Source of the DNA: an uncultured delta proteobacterium
GTDB taxonomy: Bacteria; Desulfobacterota; Desulfobacteria; Desulfobacterales; JAHEIW01
Length of the DNA stretch: 64,000 nucleotides
Direction of reading: 5' to 3'
Assembly (NCBI GenBank): GCA_963706575.1
Contig: CAVPNL010000006.1
Span: 576,001 to 640,000, forward strand
How positions within the stretch are numbered: position 1 is the first letter of the stretch; each line of letters opens with the position of its first letter. Position numbers and translations under genes: made by a program. Under the pieces are notes generated by a model. It was not told where the DNA came from. It saw only the letters and a list, made by a program, of their open reading frames with translations, and ran no database searches. Below, in pieces: positions 8,017-17,000 of this stretch.

Positions 8017-10989
8017 ATGCCGACTCGACCTTCAAAACCGTCATCTTTCCGTTCAGCCTTGGAATGGATTCTATCGAAACCATGGATGAGCATCGCATTT
8101 TTTGTAGTGATATCTCTCTTGTTTGCTCTACAAATTCCCAAGCTTTCTTTTCGAACCTCTATTTATGACTTGCTGATCGAAAATCTTCCCGAAACCATCC
8201 GTTATCAAAAGGCAAAAAAAGTTTTTGGATCCGATGATATTATTCAAGTCGTGGTTAAGGCGGATTCTATTTTTGACACCGCCACTTTCAAAAAAATCGG
8301 GGTTCTTTCTGAAGCTTTCGGCAAAATCCAGGGCGTCAGAAGGGTCATCAGTCTGCCCGGTATCCGGCAAAAAGTCGATCCGGGTGGAAACTGGGCCATC
8401 GATCGTTTCGCCAAAGTGATATCGCCGGTCGACCTGTTTAAAAAAAATCTGATATCAGCGGACCAAAAAATGAGTGCCATTACACTGTTTCTGGAAAGTG
8501 AAGCAGTACATGAAAGCGTTATCGAGAAGATCAATGACATCATTGACAAAGATTCCGGCACCCTTTCTCTTTACCAGATCGGCATGCCGCTGGTTTCACA
8601 GGCGCTAGCTAAATACACCATTAAAGACTTTCAAACCCTTCCCATTTTTACACTGATCCTAATTACCCTGACCCTTTTTGTTCTGTTTCGCAGGCCAAGC
8701 CACGTCCTGCTGGTGTTGATGGTTGTGGCCACAGTGCTAATATGGACATTTGGGCTCATGGCGTTGGTGCAAGTGCCTTTGTCTGTTTTAACCATGATTG
8801 TTCCGGTGTTCCTGATCGCTGTTGGAACGGCTTATTGCCTGCATGTTATGTCTGAATACATTTCCAATGCAGGACTTGCCGGAACTAAAAGGGAAGCAGT
8901 TATTGCAACCTTTGCGAATTCAGCATTGCCTTGCACGCTGGCGGTTGTGACCACCCTGTTCGGAGTCGGGTCGCTTTTTGTCAACCGCATCCGTGCGATC
9001 CATGAATTTGCGCTGTTTACTTGTTTCGGGCTGGGCAGTTTGCTGCTTGTGATTCTTTTGCTTCTGCCTGCCGTGCTGGTTTTGATCCCTCTGCCGCCTC
9101 AAAAGGAGCAACGTGTTTCCGGCTTTGGCCGATTGCTGGATCGCATCCTTGATATGATTATCGACATCGGTTTGAAGCACCAAAAAGCTGCTTTCCTTTC
9201 GATCGGGATTTTGTCTCTGCTGGCAGCGGCTGGCATATTCTTCATCCAGGTCGAGACCAATCCCTTCGAATATTTCAAAAAAGATATACCGATCAGACAA
9301 AATTTCGACGACAGCTATCAGAAACTTTCAGGTAGTTTTGCTATCAGTGTGGTAATGGAAAGCCGGCTGGATTACTATTTTGAGAATCCGCAGCATATCT
9401 CTGAAATTAAGCGCTTTCAGGAATATCTGGAAACCCTTGACGGTGTGGATAAAACCGTTTCTTTTGCCGATTATGTGATGCTTGTCCACTACGCCTTAAG
9501 CAAATACGATTCAAAATATTACGTGATCCCCCAAGAAGCTTATGAAACACGCATGGCGATTAATAACTATAAGGGTCTGCTGGGGGAAGATATGTATTCT
9601 CCGTTTATGACGCCGGAGCTCAACAAGGCCAACATCCTTGTGCTGACGCATATCTCGAGTTCGAAAGATCTGCTCAAAATCAAAGATCAAATCCTTTTCC
9701 ACGCGCAACAACACCTACCCGAACACCTCGCGGTTGAAGTTACCGGATTTGCTGTGGCAATTTCTGCCAGCAGTCATTTGCTTGTTGCAGGCCAGACGAA
9801 AAGTATTTTGCTGGGTCTAATCCTCATTTTCAGCATTATGTTTTTAATGTTTCTGTCGGGGAAAGTCGGCCTGATCGCCTTAGTCCCCAACTGTTTTCCG
9901 ATTATCATGAACTTTGGAATTATGGGGTGGATGGGCATTCCTCTTTCAACGTCCACCAGCCTGATCGCCAGTATTGCCATCGGGCTGGCGGTTGATGACA
10001 CCATCCATTATCTACACCGCTATAACACTGAATTTAAGAAAGATTTGGATAAAGACCGGGCACTGCGTGCTGCCGTAAAAAGTGTCGGAAAGCCGATCAT
10101 TTTTACCACGCTGGCCATCAGTATCGGCTTTTTTGTTTTAATGCTTTCTCATTTCCAACCGACGGCGATTTTTGGTTTTCTGATGGTTATCACCCTGCTG
10201 GCTGCGCTTATTGGTGATCTGATCCTTTTGCCGGCACTCATGCTTCACGTTGAACTGGTAACGGCATGGGATCTTCTCAAATTAATGCCGACGATGGGAG
10301 GCATTTCAACCGGTGTTGCCCATGAGTTGAACCAGCCCCTGAACGCCATCAAAATGGGCAGTGACTTTTTAAAGATGATGATTGCTCAGAAGGCAAAAAT
10401 TGAGCAAGCGCATCTGATTCAGGTGGCCAATGAAATCGGCAATCAGGTTGATCGGGCATCGGACATCGTCAACCGGCTGCAGGCATTTGGACAACGGTCT
10501 GATTTTGCCCGACAAACTGTAAATATCAATGATCCAATCAAGGATGTCATGGACATTGTCGGGCATCAGTTGAGCTTAGACAATATCGAGATTAAACTGG
10601 ATTTAGAAGAGAACCTGCCCGCTATCATCGGCCATCCAAACCGATTGGGACAAGTGGTCTACAATCTTGTCTCCAATGCCCATGAAGCCATCAACGAAAA
10701 GAAGAAAATTGGCGCAGATGCCGGTCAGGCTGTGATTCGGATCAGATCCTTTTCAGAAGGCGACCGGGTGATACTGGCAGTATCGGATACCGGAATCGGC
10801 ATTTCAGCCGTCGACATCGGACGGGTTTACGAACCGTTTTTCTCAACGAAGCCAAGCGGTCAGGGAAAAGGACTGGGGCTGAGCATCAGCAATCAGATCG
10901 TGAGGGATTTCAATGGCCGCATCGATATTGAAAGCAAGGAACACCAGGGGGCGACCTTTAAAGTGACCTTTCCCCGCGCCAGGTCCTGA
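8017..10989 (+). CDS. MMPL/RND-family membrane protein fused to a histidine kinase (HisKA + HATPase)
   Basis: Two MMPL-type halves (IAVGTAYCLH; IAIGLAVDDTIHY), then H-box GVAHELNQPL, N-box QVVYNLVSNA, DTGIGI, FFSTK, GKGLGL. Confidence 0.88.
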   Translation: MPTRPSKPSSFRSALEWILSKPWMSIAFFVVISLLFALQIPKLSFRTSIYDLLIENLPETIRYQKAKKVFGSDDIIQVVVKADSIFDTATFKKIGVLSEAFGKIQGVRRVISLPGIRQKVDPGGNWAIDRFAKVISPVDLFKKNLISADQKMSAITLFLESEAVHESVIEKINDIIDKDSGTLSLYQIGMPLVSQALAKYTIKDFQTLPIFTLILITLTLFVLFRRPSHVLLVLMVVATVLIWTFGLMALVQVPLSVLTMIVPVFLIAVGTAYCLHVMSEYISNAGLAGTKREAVIATFANSALPCTLAVVTTLFGVGSLFVNRIRAIHEFALFTCFGLGSLLLVILLLLPAVLVLIPLPPQKEQRVSGFGRLLDRILDMIIDIGLKHQKAAFLSIGILSLLAAAGIFFIQVETNPFEYFKKDIPIRQNFDDSYQKLSGSFAISVVMESRLDYYFENPQHISEIKRFQEYLETLDGVDKTVSFADYVMLVHYALSKYDSKYYVIPQEAYETRMAINNYKGLLGEDMYSPFMTPELNKANILVLTHISSSKDLLKIKDQILFHAQQHLPEHLAVEVTGFAVAISASSHLLVAGQTKSILLGLILIFSIMFLMFLSGKVGLIALVPNCFPIIMNFGIMGWMGIPLSTSTSLIASIAIGLAVDDTIHYLHRYNTEFKKDLDKDRALRAAVKSVGKPIIFTTLAISIGFFVLMLSHFQPTAIFGFLMVITLLAALIGDLILLPALMLHVELVTAWDLLKLMPTMGGISTGVAHELNQPLNAIKMGSDFLKMMIAQKAKIEQAHLIQVANEIGNQVDRASDIVNRLQAFGQRSDFARQTVNINDPIKDVMDIVGHQLSLDNIEIKLDLEENLPAIIGHPNRLGQVVYNLVSNAHEAINEKKKIGADAGQAVIRIRSFSEGDRVILAVSDTGIGISAVDIGRVYEPFFSTKPSGQGKGLGLSISNQIVRDFNGRIDIESKEHQGATFKVTFPRARS

Positions 10990-11194
10990 AAACAAAAGAT
11001 GCTTGCGCGCCCGCTTGATTGTTGTTCGACATTATCGCTTCCCTTGCGTTTTCAAGTATGCTATTTTGTGGTATTTTCTAAAAAATCCCCATCACCTTTC
11101 AACCGGCGTTCTGGTGGTCGGAGCGGGCAACGAACTCCTGAAAATCGTTTATTGGCGATCAGCTATGAGTTAAGGTATAAAGGAGACAACGCCA

Positions 11195-12133
11195 ATGTCA
11201 TTAAAATTATTATGGATTCAATGCGGCGGTTGTGGCGGCGACACCTGGTCGTTTTTCAATGCGGAATCTCCCAACGTTACTGAACTGTTTCGTTCACTTG
11301 ATGTTGAACTGCTGTGGCATCCTTCGATTTCAATCCGCAGCCCCGATTATCTAAAAACCATCAGTGAGGAATTGCTGTCAGGCGCCCTGGAGCTAGATGT
11401 CCTGTGCGTCGAAGGGTCCATCCTTCGGGGACCCGGTGGAACCGGCCGCTATGACGAGATCCACGGAAAACCTAAAAAAGATCTTGTGGCTTCATTAGCA
11501 AATCATGCCAGGTATATTTTAGCCATCGGCACCTGTGCCAGCTACGGCGGCATCGGGGCCAATACCGAAATAGAAGCAACCGGGATGCAATTTCTCAGAG
11601 AAGAAAAAGGGGGATTTCTGGGTGAAGATTTCACCTCCCGAAGCGGGATGCCGGTTATTAATTTGCCCGGGTGCCCCTGCCATTGCGATATTGTTGCCGG
11701 GACGCTGGTCGCGATTGGTTCCGGAGCGCAGCTCGAGCTGGATGAATACAACACCCCCGTGGAATGGTACGGAATGATGGTACACCAGGGATGCACCCGT
11801 AACGAGTACCATGAGTACCGTGTGGAAGAGCGGAAATTTGGCGAAAAAGGATGCATGTTTTTTCATTTGGGCTGTCACGGTCCCCTGGTTCGCGGGCCGT
11901 GTAACAAGATGCTGTGGAACAACCGTTCATCAAAGACAAGGGTAGGTGTTCCCTGTTTTGGCTGTACGCGGCCCGACTTTCCGCAACAGTATCCGTTTTT
12001 TCAAACCAGAAATATCGAGGGGATCCCCATAGAGTTGCCCGAAGGGATCAGCCGGGCGCATTACATGGCCTATAAAGGTATGGCCGCGGCAGCCGCGCCC
12101 AAACGGTTAAAAACGAGAAAGACGGGTATCTAA
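11195..12133 (+). CDS. Cytoplasmic sensory [NiFe] hydrogenase small subunit (HupU/HoxB-like)
   Basis: No Tat signal; CGGCGGD, GTCAS, PGCPCH, HQGC, GCMFFHLGC, PCFGC; C-terminal GIPIELPEG...AAAPKRL extension resembling HupU/HoxB. Confidence 0.88.
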   Translation: MSLKLLWIQCGGCGGDTWSFFNAESPNVTELFRSLDVELLWHPSISIRSPDYLKTISEELLSGALELDVLCVEGSILRGPGGTGRYDEIHGKPKKDLVASLANHARYILAIGTCASYGGIGANTEIEATGMQFLREEKGGFLGEDFTSRSGMPVINLPGCPCHCDIVAGTLVAIGSGAQLELDEYNTPVEWYGMMVHQGCTRNEYHEYRVEERKFGEKGCMFFHLGCHGPLVRGPCNKMLWNNRSSKTRVGVPCFGCTRPDFPQQYPFFQTRNIEGIPIELPEGISRAHYMAYKGMAAAAAPKRLKTRKTGI

Positions 12134-12184
12134 CCTGACAGGGTCTTGATCACTACTGTTGAAATATTTGCATCGGTCATCCAA

Positions 12185-13696
12185 ATGAAACCAAAAAAAA
12201 TAAATATTTTACCCGTAAATCGAGTCGAAGGCGATCTTGAAGTCCGGATCGAAATTGAAAAAAACAGGGTATCCGACGCCTGGAGTGCCGGTATTATGTA
12301 CCGAGGCTTTGAGAATTTGCTCATCGGCCGCGCTGTTTTGGATGGCCTGGTTCTGACTCCCCGCATATGCGGCATCTGTAGTACCTCTCATTTGAAAGCC
12401 GCAGCCAAAGCATTGGATATGTTTTTCAGGGTAAAAATACCGGATAATGCTGTACGCATTCGAAATATTACCTTGATTGCTGAAAAGATCCAAAATGATA
12501 TCCGCCACGCATTTATGCTGTTCATGACGGATTTTACAAATCCGGCCTATCAAAAGCATCCTTTATTTGATGATGCCGCGCGGCGTTATCAACCATTGAC
12601 CGGTGAGACCACGGTCGCAACCGTCCGGGAAACCAAAAGAATTCTTGAAATTATCGCCATTTTAGGCGGTCAATGGCCGCATTCATCTTTTATGGTGCCG
12701 GGTGGTGTGGTGTGTGTGCCCAGTACCAATGATCTGGCGCAATGTTTGTTTTTGATACGGAATTTTCGAAAGTGGTTCGAAAACAGCGTTCTGGGATGTC
12801 TCATTGAACGCTGGATGGAAGTCAAATCCAAGGCCGATTTGGATGTCTGGCTGGAGGAAGCCGAATCTCACACACACGGCGAGCTCGGGTTTTATATCCG
12901 GTTTGCGAAAGAAGCCGGTTTGAAAAAGATTGGCAGGGGCTGTGGAAATTTTATTAGTTTTGGCTCACTGGATTTACCAAATGACACCGGCGTTAAACGG
13001 GCAGGGAAAAACCGGCAGTTTCTGCCGTCGGGGTTTTTTCATCAGCTTGAGCTTAAAGCGTTTGATCAGAAAAAAATATCGGAAGATGTCTCACATTCAT
13101 GGTTTGATGCCGGCGAGGGCGGCAAACATCCATTTGACGGTGAAACCCGACCCTATGCCAGCGGTAAAGAGAGTGGAAAATATTCCTGGGCCAAAGCGCC
13201 GCGCTATGATGCCATGCCGGCTGAAACCGGCCCCCTCGCGGAAATGGTTGTTGCTTCCAATCCGTTGATTATTGATTTCATCAGGCAGGATGGCCCGAGC
13301 GTGTTCCTAAGAGAGCTAGCGCGTTTGATAAGGCCGGCTTATTTGATACCGCTTATGGAGCAATGGCTTGAAGAAACGATCCGCTGTCATGAAGAATTTT
13401 ATCAGGATCATCGCAAAAAGGAAAATGGAGAGGGTTACGGCTTGGTGGAAGCCCCCCGGGGCGCATTGGGCCACTGGGTGAAGATTAAGGACGCCAAAAT
13501 TCAAAAATATCAAATTATTACTCCGACTGCCTGGAATGCCTCACCGCGTGATGCGAACGGTTTTAGAGGACCCTGTGAAGAAGCCATTGTTGGAACTGAA
13601 ATCAAGGATCTGGACAATCCGATAGAAGTCGATCATATCATCCGGTCTTTTGATCCGTGTCTGGTATGCACGGTTCACACCATTGATGCAACATAG
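12185..13696 (+). CDS. Sensory [NiFe] hydrogenase large subunit (HupV/HoxC-like)
   Basis: VNRVEGDL, L1 TPRICGICSTSH, L2 SFDPCLVCTVH followed by only 5 residues; ATG 12185 in frame with ORF 12146. Confidence 0.9.
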   Translation: MKPKKINILPVNRVEGDLEVRIEIEKNRVSDAWSAGIMYRGFENLLIGRAVLDGLVLTPRICGICSTSHLKAAAKALDMFFRVKIPDNAVRIRNITLIAEKIQNDIRHAFMLFMTDFTNPAYQKHPLFDDAARRYQPLTGETTVATVRETKRILEIIAILGGQWPHSSFMVPGGVVCVPSTNDLAQCLFLIRNFRKWFENSVLGCLIERWMEVKSKADLDVWLEEAESHTHGELGFYIRFAKEAGLKKIGRGCGNFISFGSLDLPNDTGVKRAGKNRQFLPSGFFHQLELKAFDQKKISEDVSHSWFDAGEGGKHPFDGETRPYASGKESGKYSWAKAPRYDAMPAETGPLAEMVVASNPLIIDFIRQDGPSVFLRELARLIRPAYLIPLMEQWLEETIRCHEEFYQDHRKKENGEGYGLVEAPRGALGHWVKIKDAKIQKYQIITPTAWNASPRDANGFRGPCEEAIVGTEIKDLDNPIEVDHIIRSFDPCLVCTVHTIDAT

Positions 13697-13761
13697 TAAA
13701 AACGTCCTGCTTTCTCTGGCAGTTTATTTTAGGTTTCAGGTTTCAGTCTCCGGGTTCAAAA

Positions 13762-13815
13762 GTAGGGCCGGCCACCGTGCCAGCCTCAAGCGGCGGCCTC
13801 GGTAGGTCGCCCTAC
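13762..13815. repeat. GTAG-type REP-like inverted repeat element, copy 1
   Basis: GTAGGGCCGGCCACCGTGCC...GGTCGCCCTAC; similar copy at 20586-20640. Confidence 0.7.
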
Positions 13816-13982
13816 TCGGAAGAATATTAGGCATAAGGCAGAAGGAAGAAGTCAGAAAACAAAAAACAGAAAGTAGCCTGCCTTTTATCGTCTGTCATCT
13901 GTTTGCTGTGCTTTGTCCGCTGTATCTTCCCGACATCTGGAATGATGCCTGACGGATTGTTTATTAACCCCCCAGCGCGTGA

Positions 13983-16073
13983 GTGAATACCATGGAAACT
14001 TTATCTCAGCCCTCCCGGGCGGCTCCAAGTGCCGACAGCACCTACTGGGCATTGGTCGAGGAAAACGCGATCTTAAGAGAAGAAATACAGGTTGCCCGTA
14101 AAGCTGCAGAGCTGACCGCCAACCTTGTTGTCAAACAATTCGAGGAGACCGAAAAGGTTCTTCACCGTTTCCAGGTCGCCAATGCGCAAAGAAAAGCCGT
14201 ACTTGATTCCGCAACCCGAATTTCGATAATTGCCACCAACAAAGATGGTGTCATTACGGTTTTTAACACGGGTGCGGAACACATGTTGGGTTACAGTGCC
14301 CAGGAAATCATCGGCCAACAGACACCGGAACTTTTTCACTTACAAGCTGAATTGGAGAACGTCCGCGATCGCTTGAGCTTTAAATACGGCCGTCGGGTGA
14401 CCGGACTCGATGTTTTTTTTGAATATGTGGCGCAAAAACGATTGGCCCCCAGTGAATGGACGTATGTTAGAAAAGATAGCACTCAATTTCCGGTCAGGAT
14501 GACAATTAACGTCCTGCGAGAACCGTATGGAGACATCAGCGGCCTACTGTTCATCGCCATGGATATTGCTGAAATAAAGCGTTCGGAAAAAGCGCTGAAA
14601 GAAAGTGAGCGCAAATACCGGCTGTTGGTCAGGAACCTGCCAAACTGTGTCTACAAGGGTTACATAGATGGCACCATTGATTTTTTTGATAATAAAATTG
14701 AGCAAATTACAGGGTACAGCAAAGAAGAGTTTTTATCCAGAAAGGTAAACTGGTTTAATCTCGTTGACCCGGATGATCTGGAGCACACCAAGGAGCAGTT
14801 CAAACAGGCCTTACTCACTGACAGCTCTTACATCAGGGAATATCGCGTTAAGTCAAAAACCGGTGATACGATCTGGATTCAGGACGGTGGGCAAATCATT
14901 TATGGGGAAAACGGGGAGGTTGAATTTATCACCGGCGCATTTCTGGATATCACCGAACGCAAGCTCGCCGAAAAAGCGCTGCATGAATCCGAGGAAAAAT
15001 ATCGATCCCTGTTTAACAGCGGCCCTATCCCGATCTTTGTTTTGGAGCGCGAAACTTTAGAAATTTTAGATGCCAACCCGATGGCTGAGGATACCTATGG
15101 CTATTCCAATGGTGAATTAACCGGTATGCCTTTTTCAGCTCTCGGTCCGGTCGACGAGATCTATGAAAGCATCTCTGCTTTTGACAATATGGATTGGCCC
15201 AGAGCCTGCGTTGTGAGTTCGAGGGTTCGCCATTATCAGAAAGGGAATACCCCGTTTTACGTCAGGGTTACGGCCTGTCCGACGCGCTACAAAGATAGAG
15301 ATGCAATCATCCTTGCAACCACAGACATCACCGAAATGTTGGAAAAAGAGGCGCAACTGCTGCAGGCCAGTAAAATGACGACGCTGGGTGAAATGTCGGC
15401 CGGGATTGCCCATGAATTGAATCAGCCGTTAAATGCGATTAATATGGGAAGCGAATATCTCAAAATGATGATCGAAAACCGAAAAAAGATACCCGAGGAA
15501 AACCTGGTTGAAGTCTCCGATCAAATCAGTGAACAGGTGGACAGGGCTTCTGAAATCATTGTTCGCCTCAGGGAATTTGGGCACAAATCCGACTTTGCCA
15601 AAGAAAAGGTCAACATCAACAAATCGGTACGGGTTGCTTACGGTATTATCAATCAACAGATTCGCCTTCAAAATATTGACCTTATCCTGGATCTTGAGAA
15701 GAATTTGCCGCCGATTATGGCGCGCAATACCCGCATTGAACAAGTCATCTTTAACTTGCTCACCAATGCCATGGATGCGTTAACTCAGAGAAAAAAAGCG
15801 AGATCGGAGGGGGCTAAACCAGCCATTACCATTCGTTCGTTTCTTGAAAATGATCGGGTGAAGCTGGCCGTTTCAGACAATGGCAGCGGCATACCGAAGG
15901 CTGTTTTAGAAAAGGTATTTGAGCCGTTTTTTACCACCAAGGAAGTGGGCAGCGGCATGGGGCTCGGGCTTTCGATCACTTACGGGATTGTCAAAGATTA
16001 TAACGGCGAAATAGATATTCAAAGTGAAGAAGGAAAGGGTACGACGGTTAGGTTAACTTTCCCTTGCGCCTGA
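13983..16073 (+). CDS. Cytoplasmic triple-PAS histidine kinase (HoxJ/HupT-like role)
   Basis: Three PAS/PAC repeats, H-box AGIAHELNQPL, N-box, DNGSGI, FFTTK, GMGLGL; no TM segments; directly downstream of the sensory hydrogenase. Confidence 0.92.
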   Translation: MNTMETLSQPSRAAPSADSTYWALVEENAILREEIQVARKAAELTANLVVKQFEETEKVLHRFQVANAQRKAVLDSATRISIIATNKDGVITVFNTGAEHMLGYSAQEIIGQQTPELFHLQAELENVRDRLSFKYGRRVTGLDVFFEYVAQKRLAPSEWTYVRKDSTQFPVRMTINVLREPYGDISGLLFIAMDIAEIKRSEKALKESERKYRLLVRNLPNCVYKGYIDGTIDFFDNKIEQITGYSKEEFLSRKVNWFNLVDPDDLEHTKEQFKQALLTDSSYIREYRVKSKTGDTIWIQDGGQIIYGENGEVEFITGAFLDITERKLAEKALHESEEKYRSLFNSGPIPIFVLERETLEILDANPMAEDTYGYSNGELTGMPFSALGPVDEIYESISAFDNMDWPRACVVSSRVRHYQKGNTPFYVRVTACPTRYKDRDAIILATTDITEMLEKEAQLLQASKMTTLGEMSAGIAHELNQPLNAINMGSEYLKMMIENRKKIPEENLVEVSDQISEQVDRASEIIVRLREFGHKSDFAKEKVNINKSVRVAYGIINQQIRLQNIDLILDLEKNLPPIMARNTRIEQVIFNLLTNAMDALTQRKKARSEGAKPAITIRSFLENDRVKLAVSDNGSGIPKAVLEKVFEPFFTTKEVGSGMGLGLSITYGIVKDYNGEIDIQSEEGKGTTVRLTFPCA

Positions 16074-16095
16074 TGCGCATTGAAAGGAAGGATAC

Positions 16096-16461
16096 GTGGA
16101 GAAAATCCTGGTTATCGATGACGAAAAGGCGACCCTGTCTATGTTTCGTCTTTTTTTGGATGCATATGGCTACAGCGTTTATACGGCGGAAAACGGCACT
16201 GAAGGACTTGAAATTTTTCGCAAAGAAAAACCGGCGATCGTACTGACCGACGTAAAAATGCCAGGTATAGATGGACTGGCCGTGCTGAAGCAGATAAAAC
16301 AGATCGCTCCCCATACAGCGGTAATTGTCATCACCGGTCATGGTGATACCGATCTGGCCGAGCAGGCGGTGGAACTGGATGCTGTTGATTTTATTAGTAA
16401 ACCGATCAAAAAAGAAGCCCTGGACGCGGCGCTTGAAAAAGCAAGAAAGAAGTTGGGATGA
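16096..16461 (+). CDS. Single-domain response regulator (receiver only)
   Basis: ILVIDD, LTDVKMPGIDG, ITGHG, KP motifs; 121 aa; RBS GGAAGGA. Confidence 0.92.
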   Translation: MEKILVIDDEKATLSMFRLFLDAYGYSVYTAENGTEGLEIFRKEKPAIVLTDVKMPGIDGLAVLKQIKQIAPHTAVIVITGHGDTDLAEQAVELDAVDFISKPIKKEALDAALEKARKKLG

Positions 16462-16664
16462 GTTAGGCCCTTTGGAAGTTCGCAAGCATATTGCCTCCAA
16501 ATCAGTTTCAATGAACAGCCGGGTAAATTTGCAAAATTTTCCGCGGACCGCCCATTCACATTTAATGTTGACTTTTTTGCAAAAATTCAAGAAAGTCTGT
16601 ATCTTTATGATCGAAAATCTCATAACACGAGCGCGCCGCAGCGAAAAGGATCAGGAGTAATACC

Positions 16665-16907
16665 ATGTGTCTGGCAATCCCATCGAAGATTACCAAGATC
16701 GAAAATAATATGGCTACCATTGATGTTGAAGGCGTTCAAAGAGAAGCCAGTCTGCTGCTACTCGAAGATGCCCGGGTCGGTGATTACGTTATCGTGCACG
16801 CCGGTTTTGCCATCTCAAAACTCGATGAAGCGGCGGCTCAGGAAACACTGGACCTCTTGCGTGAGGCCATCGCCGCGGTAGAGAAAAGAGAACCCAACCA
16901 GAATTAG
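16665..16907 (+). CDS. hypC: Hydrogenase maturation chaperone HypC
   Basis: MCLAIP N-terminus, VGDYVIVHAGFAI. Confidence 0.97.
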   Translation: MCLAIPSKITKIENNMATIDVEGVQREASLLLLEDARVGDYVIVHAGFAISKLDEAAAQETLDLLREAIAAVEKREPNQN

Positions 16908-17000
16908 GAAAAAATCGAGCGCCAAGGGTGTAATTGCATTCGTAGAGACCCCCCAGTTTGTTCGCCACCCCCGCCAAGACAACACACCATTGATGCTGTT

